In this document: positions 15,617-20,810 of the stretch, piece after piece
Numbering within the stretch: position 1 is the first letter of the stretch
Layout of the letters: each line of letters opens with the position of its first letter
Assembly: GCF_042660085.1 (NCBI RefSeq)
Contig: NZ_JBHSTI010000005.1
Coordinates: 334 to 21,143, forward strand
From: Longivirga aurantiaca
Lineage (GTDB): Bacteria > Actinomycetota > Actinomycetes > S36-B12 > CAIYMF01
Direction of reading: 5' to 3'
DNA: 20,810 bases
The notes under the pieces: model-generated
Database searches by the model: none
The model's input: the letters and a program-made list of their open reading frames with translations, nothing else
Told to the model about the DNA's origin: nothing
Position numbers and translations under genes: made by a program

Positions 15617-16942
15617 ATGTTCGTTCCTGGCAAGCACCTGGCGACGGGAGTGATGGTGGCTTCGGCAGCCCTCCTTCTCACGGCGTGTGGCAGCAAGTCC
15701 GATGACACCGGCTCGTCAACGAGTGCGGCGCCCGCCGACTCGACATCGGCCTCGGCCTCCGCCACCGGCGGCATCGACCAGGCCATGATCGATCTCGGCG
15801 TGAAGTACACCGGCGGAACCGCTGGCGCTGCGGACACGTCTCTGTCGCCCGTGAAGATCGGCTTCGTCAACCAGCAGGGCGGCACGCCAGCCTTCCCCGA
15901 GTACGAGGCTGCGACAGAGGCGGCGGTGCAGTTCGCCAACGAGAAGCTCGGCGGCGTCGCGGGGCACCCGATCGAGCTGGTCAAGTGCGTGCTGCAGACG
16001 GAGGAGGACGGTCAGAAGTGCGGCGCCCAGCTGCTCGCCGATCCCGAGGTCAAGATCGCGATCCTCGGCACGTCGGTCGTCGGCAATGCGACCTTCTACA
16101 AGACGGTCAACGGGAAGTTCCCTGTCCTGGTCTCGGCAGCCGGCGGCGTAGCCGACAGCACCACGCCGCACGTGTACGAGCTCGACGGGGGTAGCGCCGC
16201 GATCCTTCAGGCGTTCGCGGCCACGGCCAAGGCCAAGGGTGCGAAGACCGCCGCGATCGTGTCGACGGGCAACGCCGGCGGGAAGTACGTCGCGGGCCAG
16301 GTGCTCGACCCGGGCATGAAGGCAGCGGGCATCACGCCCAAGGTCGCCTATGTGTCCGACACTGCAACCGCGCCCGAGTACACCTCTGCCATGCAGGCGG
16401 CCGGCGCAGCCAGCTCGGACGTCGTGGTCCTCATCGCCTCCGGTGCGGACATGTGCGTGAACTTCTACAACGCGCTCGCCGAGGTGGGTTCGACGGCACC
16501 GGTCCTGACGGCCTACGGCTGCTACGGAGACCCGGTCCCCGACGCAACGGGCGGTGGCCCAGTGGGCTGGACGTTCTTCGGCCTCAACGAGAACCAGCGC
16601 GCGGCCACGTCGCCTGAGGCGAGCCTCTACCGCGCGGTGATGCAGGAGACCGGGAAGGGCGAGTTCACCAACGTCGCCGCCGCTCCGATGGCGTTCGCCG
16701 ATGTCTTCGCGATCGCGCAGATGGCGAACAAGCTCGGCGTCGACGGTCTGAGCGGATCCGCGTACGAGGCTGCGATCAAGGAGCTCACCGCACCGCTGTT
16801 CCTGGTGCCTGGAAACATCAAGTGCGGCAGCTACCCCGACCCGGCACAGCTCGGTCTGTGCGGTGACTCTGCAGCGGTGTCGATCTACAACGGCTCCGAG
16901 TGGGAGATCTCCGAACCGTTCAAGGCAGTCACCCTGAAGTAG
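15617..16942 (+). CDS. Branched-chain amino acid-type ABC transporter substrate-binding lipoprotein
   Basis: Signal peptide and lipobox MFVPGKHLATGVMVASAALLLTACGS; VKIGFVNQQGGTPAFPEYEAATEAAVQFANEKLGGVAGHPIELV. GGAG precedes ATG 15617. Confidence 0.92.
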   Translation: MFVPGKHLATGVMVASAALLLTACGSKSDDTGSSTSAAPADSTSASASATGGIDQAMIDLGVKYTGGTAGAADTSLSPVKIGFVNQQGGTPAFPEYEAATEAAVQFANEKLGGVAGHPIELVKCVLQTEEDGQKCGAQLLADPEVKIAILGTSVVGNATFYKTVNGKFPVLVSAAGGVADSTTPHVYELDGGSAAILQAFAATAKAKGAKTAAIVSTGNAGGKYVAGQVLDPGMKAAGITPKVAYVSDTATAPEYTSAMQAAGAASSDVVVLIASGADMCVNFYNALAEVGSTAPVLTAYGCYGDPVPDATGGGPVGWTFFGLNENQRAATSPEASLYRAVMQETGKGEFTNVAAAPMAFADVFAIAQMANKLGVDGLSGSAYEAAIKELTAPLFLVPGNIKCGSYPDPAQLGLCGDSAAVSIYNGSEWEISEPFKAVTLK

Positions 16943-16998
16943 TCCGGCAGGCTCGCAACGGCTGCACGTCGACCGCCACGTCGAAGGGCATCACGACC

Positions 16999-19140
16999 AT
17001 GAACATGGAATCGACCGTCCCCAGCGCCCAGCGCCGAGGTCCGCGGTTCATCGGTCGGCCTCTCGGCGTGGCGGTCGCGGTCGTTGCAGTGCTCGCACTG
17101 CTGCTGGCATCGGGCCAGGGCACCATCCAGAGCGCCCTGCTGGGGGCCGGGAGCGGAGCACTGATCGGCGCACTGGCTCTGGGGGTCGTGGTCGTCTATC
17201 GCGGTTCCGGCGTCATCAATGTCGCGAGCGGTGCGATGGCGATGTACGCGGCCTACGTGTTCAACTCGCTGAACGCCAAGGGCGAGTTGCTCATCGTCGC
17301 CTGGCGTGTCGACCTCGGTGACCCGTGGCCGTTCGTCCCCTCGATGCTGGGCGCGATGGTCGTAGCCGCACTCATGAGCGCCGTCTACTACTTCGCCGTG
17401 TTCGGTCCGCTCCGATCGGCCTCCCCGGTGTCCAAGCTGGTGGCCTCGGTGGGACTGCTCCTCACCATCCAGGCGATCGTGGTCCTGGCCTATGGCGCGC
17501 GGCCTATCCCGGTCAAGGCTACTTTCCCGAAGACGCCGATCAGGCTTCCGGGTGGGCTCTTCATCTCGACCGCGCAGCTGACGCTCGTAATCGCCGTGGT
17601 CCTCGTGGGAACGGCGCTCTGGGCGGTGTACCGATTCAGCCTGTTCGGCCTTCTGACGCGGGCGTCAGCGGAAGACGGCCGGCACCTGATGCTGATCGGT
17701 CGCTCACCGCTCGTGGTGGGCGTGGGGAACTGGCTCTTCGCGGGAGTGGTCATCGCACTGATGTCGGTCCTCTCCACACCCATCGCAGGCACGGTGAACC
17801 CCACGACCTCCACCTTGCTCGTCGTCCCGGCGTTGGCGGCCGCCGTACTCGGTCGGTTTGTCTCGTTCGCGTGGGCCGTCGGCGGCGGCCTCGCGATCGG
17901 CATGCTCCAGGCGATGGCGCAGTACTGGACCGCCCAGCCCTGGTTCCCTCAGGCTGACAACCTGCCTCTCCCGGGCCTCGCCGAGAGCGTTCCCCTCATC
18001 GTCATCGTCGTCGCACTCCTGGTGCAGCGTCGGAGCGTGACGGGTCGCGGATCTCTCGACGGCGCGGGGCTTCCGTTCGCACCCCCGAGCAAGCATGTGA
18101 TGCGGAAGCTGGCGATCGGGCTCGTCGTCGGCATCGCGGCCTTCCTGGTGCTTGACTCCGCCTGGCGACTCGCCACGATCAATACGCTGGTCGGAATCGC
18201 AATCTGCCTGTCGTTCGTGGTGCTGACCGGCTACGTCGGCCAGGTCTCCTTGGCCCAGATGTCGCTCGCCGGCGCCTCAGCCTTCATCTTGGCCAACTTC
18301 GCCACCAAGTTCGGAATCGGATTTCCGCTAGGTCCGATCCTAGGTGCTCTCGGGGCGATGGTCGTCGGACTGCTCGTGGGATACGCAGCGCTGCGGGTGC
18401 GCGGGGTCCAGCTCGCCATCGTCACTCTGGCGTTCGCCGTCGCGATCACGGCCGTCGTCTTCCAGAACGCCGCATGGTCCCGTCAGGGCGCCGGTGCGGA
18501 GGTACCGGCACCCAGCATCTTCGGCTGGGAGTTCGGCCCGGGCTCCGCCGCGCCCTTCGGTGACAGCGAGCTCCCCAACCCCGTCTTCGGCATGTTCGTC
18601 CTCGTCACGGTGCTGCTCCTCTGCTGGATGACCTACTCGATCCGGGACTCAGCCTGGGGACGTCGGATGCTTGCGGTTCGCATCAACGAACGCGCAGCCG
18701 CCGCGGCAGGTGTGTCCGTCCGCAACACCAAGCTCATCGCTTTCGCGGCCTCGGGATTCATCGCCGGCATCGGTGGGGCACTCTCCGCCTACCGGTTCGG
18801 TGTCGTCACGCCCGAGTACTTCGGCGTCTTCGCGTCCCTCTCCTTCCTGGCGTTCGCCTACATGGGTGGGATCTCGAGCGTCGGGGGCGCGGTCATCGGA
18901 GGATTCCTGGTGACCAACGGTCTCGTGTTCACCGCTCTCGAGCAGTGGCTCGGGCTCTCCCCGAACTTCACGCTTCTCGTCGGCGGTCTCGGTCTCGTCC
19001 TCACGGTGGTCATGAACCCGGACGGCATCGCCGGCACGGCGGGCGCCCAGATCAAGGGCCTGCTGGGGCGGCGTGGGAAGGCGGGCGGACCCCCATCGAA
19101 CGTGGTGACCGCCGACGTCGTGACGGGGGCCGCGTCATGA
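16999..19140 (+). CDS. Fused LivH-LivM-type ABC transporter permease
   Basis: N-terminal half LivH-like (GALALGVVVVYRGSGVINVASGAMAMYAAY), C-terminal half LivM-like (LNTLVGIAICLSFVVLTGYVGQVSLAQMSLAGASAFI, FAASGFIAGIGGALSAYRFGVV) in one frame. Confidence 0.92.
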   Translation: MNMESTVPSAQRRGPRFIGRPLGVAVAVVAVLALLLASGQGTIQSALLGAGSGALIGALALGVVVVYRGSGVINVASGAMAMYAAYVFNSLNAKGELLIVAWRVDLGDPWPFVPSMLGAMVVAALMSAVYYFAVFGPLRSASPVSKLVASVGLLLTIQAIVVLAYGARPIPVKATFPKTPIRLPGGLFISTAQLTLVIAVVLVGTALWAVYRFSLFGLLTRASAEDGRHLMLIGRSPLVVGVGNWLFAGVVIALMSVLSTPIAGTVNPTTSTLLVVPALAAAVLGRFVSFAWAVGGGLAIGMLQAMAQYWTAQPWFPQADNLPLPGLAESVPLIVIVVALLVQRRSVTGRGSLDGAGLPFAPPSKHVMRKLAIGLVVGIAAFLVLDSAWRLATINTLVGIAICLSFVVLTGYVGQVSLAQMSLAGASAFILANFATKFGIGFPLGPILGALGAMVVGLLVGYAALRVRGVQLAIVTLAFAVAITAVVFQNAAWSRQGAGAEVPAPSIFGWEFGPGSAAPFGDSELPNPVFGMFVLVTVLLLCWMTYSIRDSAWGRRMLAVRINERAAAAAGVSVRNTKLIAFAASGFIAGIGGALSAYRFGVVTPEYFGVFASLSFLAFAYMGGISSVGGAVIGGFLVTNGLVFTALEQWLGLSPNFTLLVGGLGLVLTVVMNPDGIAGTAGAQIKGLLGRRGKAGGPPSNVVTADVVTGAAS

Positions 19141-19910
19141 CCGCCCTGCTTGAGACTCGCGGACTCACCGTCACATACGGGGGGATCAACGCCAACGACG
19201 ATGTCACCATCAGCGTGGAACCGGGCACGATCGTCGGACTGATCGGCGCCAACGGCGCGGGGAAGACGACCTTCATTGACGCCATCACCGGCTTCGCCCG
19301 GGTGTCGTCCGGAAGGGTGACGTTCGCCGGCGAGGACGTGACCGGACTGCAGCCGCACCCTCGGTCGCGCCGTGGGCTTGTGCGCACCTTCCAGTCGCTG
19401 GAGCTGTTCGAGGACCTGACGGTGTGGGACAACCTGCTCGTGGCGTGCGACACCACTCGCTGGTGGACACTGCTCCCCGACCTGCTACGCCGTTCCCAGG
19501 GCGACAAGGTCGCCTCCCAGGCGCGCTGGGCGCTGGCCACCGCAGGAATCGAGCACCTTGCGGACAGGCTTCCGCAGGAGCTGTCGCACGGTCAGCGCAA
19601 GCTGGTGGGTGTGGCTCGGGCGCTCGCGGCCCGACCGCAACTGCTGTTGCTCGACGAACCCGCCGCGGGCCTGGACGCGGTCGAGTCGGCCGAGCTCAGC
19701 ACCCGACTCCGCGGGCTCGTCGAGGAGGGCGTGACGATGTTCCTCATCGACCACGACATGGGTCTCATGATGACCGTCTGCGACTACGTCTACGTGCTCG
19801 ACTTCGGTCGCATCATCGCGCACGGCACTCCCGCCGAGGTTCGAAACGACCCTCGAGTGATCGCCGCCTACCTGGGTTCAAGTCATGGCCCGACCGAGGG
19901 GGAAGCATGA
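19137..19910 (+). CDS. livG: ABC transporter ATP-binding protein, LivG type
   Basis: Walker A GANGAGKTTF, signature LSHGQRKLVGVARALAARP, Walker B LLLLDEPAAGLD; ATGA overlap with the permease. Confidence 0.93.
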   Translation: MTALLETRGLTVTYGGINANDDVTISVEPGTIVGLIGANGAGKTTFIDAITGFARVSSGRVTFAGEDVTGLQPHPRSRRGLVRTFQSLELFEDLTVWDNLLVACDTTRWWTLLPDLLRRSQGDKVASQARWALATAGIEHLADRLPQELSHGQRKLVGVARALAARPQLLLLDEPAAGLDAVESAELSTRLRGLVEEGVTMFLIDHDMGLMMTVCDYVYVLDFGRIIAHGTPAEVRNDPRVIAAYLGSSHGPTEGEA

Positions 19911-20638
19911 TCACGCTCGAGGGCGTGGCTGCCGGCTACGCAGGGTCGGCAGTCGTGCGCGACCTGTCCCTCGAGGTGAGGGCGGGCGAGGTCGTCGGGC
20001 TCCTCGGACCGAACGGGGCCGGGAAGACCACGACGCTCCTGACCATCTCGGGCATCCTCCGGCCGTTGGCCGGCACAGTGACCGTGCTCGGGCAGCAGCC
20101 ACAGACTCGGTTCCCTCACCGACTCGCCAGGCAGGGCGTGGCCCACGTGACCGAGTCGCGCAACCTCTTCTACGAGCTCACCGTGGACGAGAATCTGCGC
20201 ATTGCTCTGCGAGGCTCGAAGGCTGACAAGCAGGCACGGCGTGACGAGGTGGACGAGTTGTTCCCCGCCCTGCGTCCGCTGCGCAAGCGCAAGGCAGGGC
20301 TGCTGTCCGGTGGCGAGCAGCAGATGCTCGCCATGGCACGGGCGCTGGCGTCCAAGCCACAAGTCCTGCTCCTGGACGAGATGAGCCTCGGTCTCGCACC
20401 GATCATCGTGGAGCGACTTCTGGCCACCGTGCGCGAGCTCGCCGACCGAACAGGCTGCGCAGTGCTGCTGGTGGAGCAGCACGTGCCGCTGGCGCTCGAG
20501 GTCGTCGACCGCGCATACGTGCTCGCGCACGGCAACGTCGTTCTGTCAGGTACCGCCGAAGAGCTGCGCGGCAACGCCCAGGTGCTCGAGTCGAGCTACC
20601 TGGGTGACTCGGTGCTCGCCGATGAGCCGGGGCCCTGA
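19907..20638 (+). CDS. livF: ABC transporter ATP-binding protein, LivF type
   Basis: Walker A GPNGAGKTTT, signature LSGGEQQMLAMARALASKP, Walker B VLLLDEMSLGLAP, VLLVEQHVPLAL; ATGA overlap with livG. Confidence 0.93.
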   Translation: MITLEGVAAGYAGSAVVRDLSLEVRAGEVVGLLGPNGAGKTTTLLTISGILRPLAGTVTVLGQQPQTRFPHRLARQGVAHVTESRNLFYELTVDENLRIALRGSKADKQARRDEVDELFPALRPLRKRKAGLLSGGEQQMLAMARALASKPQVLLLDEMSLGLAPIIVERLLATVRELADRTGCAVLLVEQHVPLALEVVDRAYVLAHGNVVLSGTAEELRGNAQVLESSYLGDSVLADEPGP

Positions 20639-20643
20639 TCGAC

Positions 20644-20810
20644 ATGGCCGTCACCCGTGCCACAGCGCGCAACGCGACCGACCCGGCCGGCCGCCGCGGG
20701 CGGACGAACTCCGCCGGATCCGAGGGGGAGTCCGCCAAGGAGCTGCGTACGCGCAAGGCGATCGCGCGGGCGTGCCGTGAGGGGTCGCGGCTGTTCGCGG
20801 AGAAGGGTTA
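20644..20810 (+). CDS. TetR family regulator, N-terminal part (truncated by window end)
   Basis: ATG 20644; MAVTRATARNATDPAGRRGRTNSAGSEGESAKELRTRKAIARACREGSRLFAEKGY resembles helix 1 of the TetR DNA-binding domain. Confidence 0.65.
   Translation, partial: MAVTRATARNATDPAGRRGRTNSAGSEGESAKELRTRKAIARACREGSRLFAEKG

Overview
This is a high-GC actinobacterial window in which ordinary chromosomal metabolic operons flank a mosaic accessory region at about 5.8-12.2 kb. Left flank: 3' part of a glutamine-synthetase-like gene, a PuuD-like class I GATase hydrolase, and a TetR regulator overlapping an amidohydrolase-2-like gene and an AMP-dependent acyl-CoA ligase (TTGA and GTGA overlaps). Right flank: transaldolase, F420-dependent glucose-6-phosphate dehydrogenase-like gene, SDR oxidoreductase, a branched-chain-type ABC uptake system (LivK, fused LivH-LivM, LivG, LivF), and the start of a TetR-like gene at the window edge. 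The accessory region holds a truncated IS1380-like transposase ending at a 53-bp imperfect palindrome. It also holds two different tRNA 3'-end fragments: Gly-CCC type (minus strand, 6621-6663) and Thr-CGT type (plus strand, 9138-9182). Both begin at the anticodon loop, and by the usual geometry both face inward. Between them are an uncharacterised HTH-like/helical protein and a divergent DUF6338-like membrane protein followed by three tiny proline-rich ORFs. To the right are a tyrosine recombinase whose frame reads through the Thr fragment, an excisionase-like HTH gene, and a cluster of 7 exact plus 3 near copies of GACTCCGTCAC in 226 bp, mostly phased at 12 bp. The best candidates for something undescribed are the divergent DUF6338/proline-rich micro-ORF cassette and the 12-bp-phased repeat array. 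No database search was run, so family names come from motif and sequence recognition. No CRISPR array, cas gene, restriction-modification system or intact rRNA/tRNA gene was recognised.
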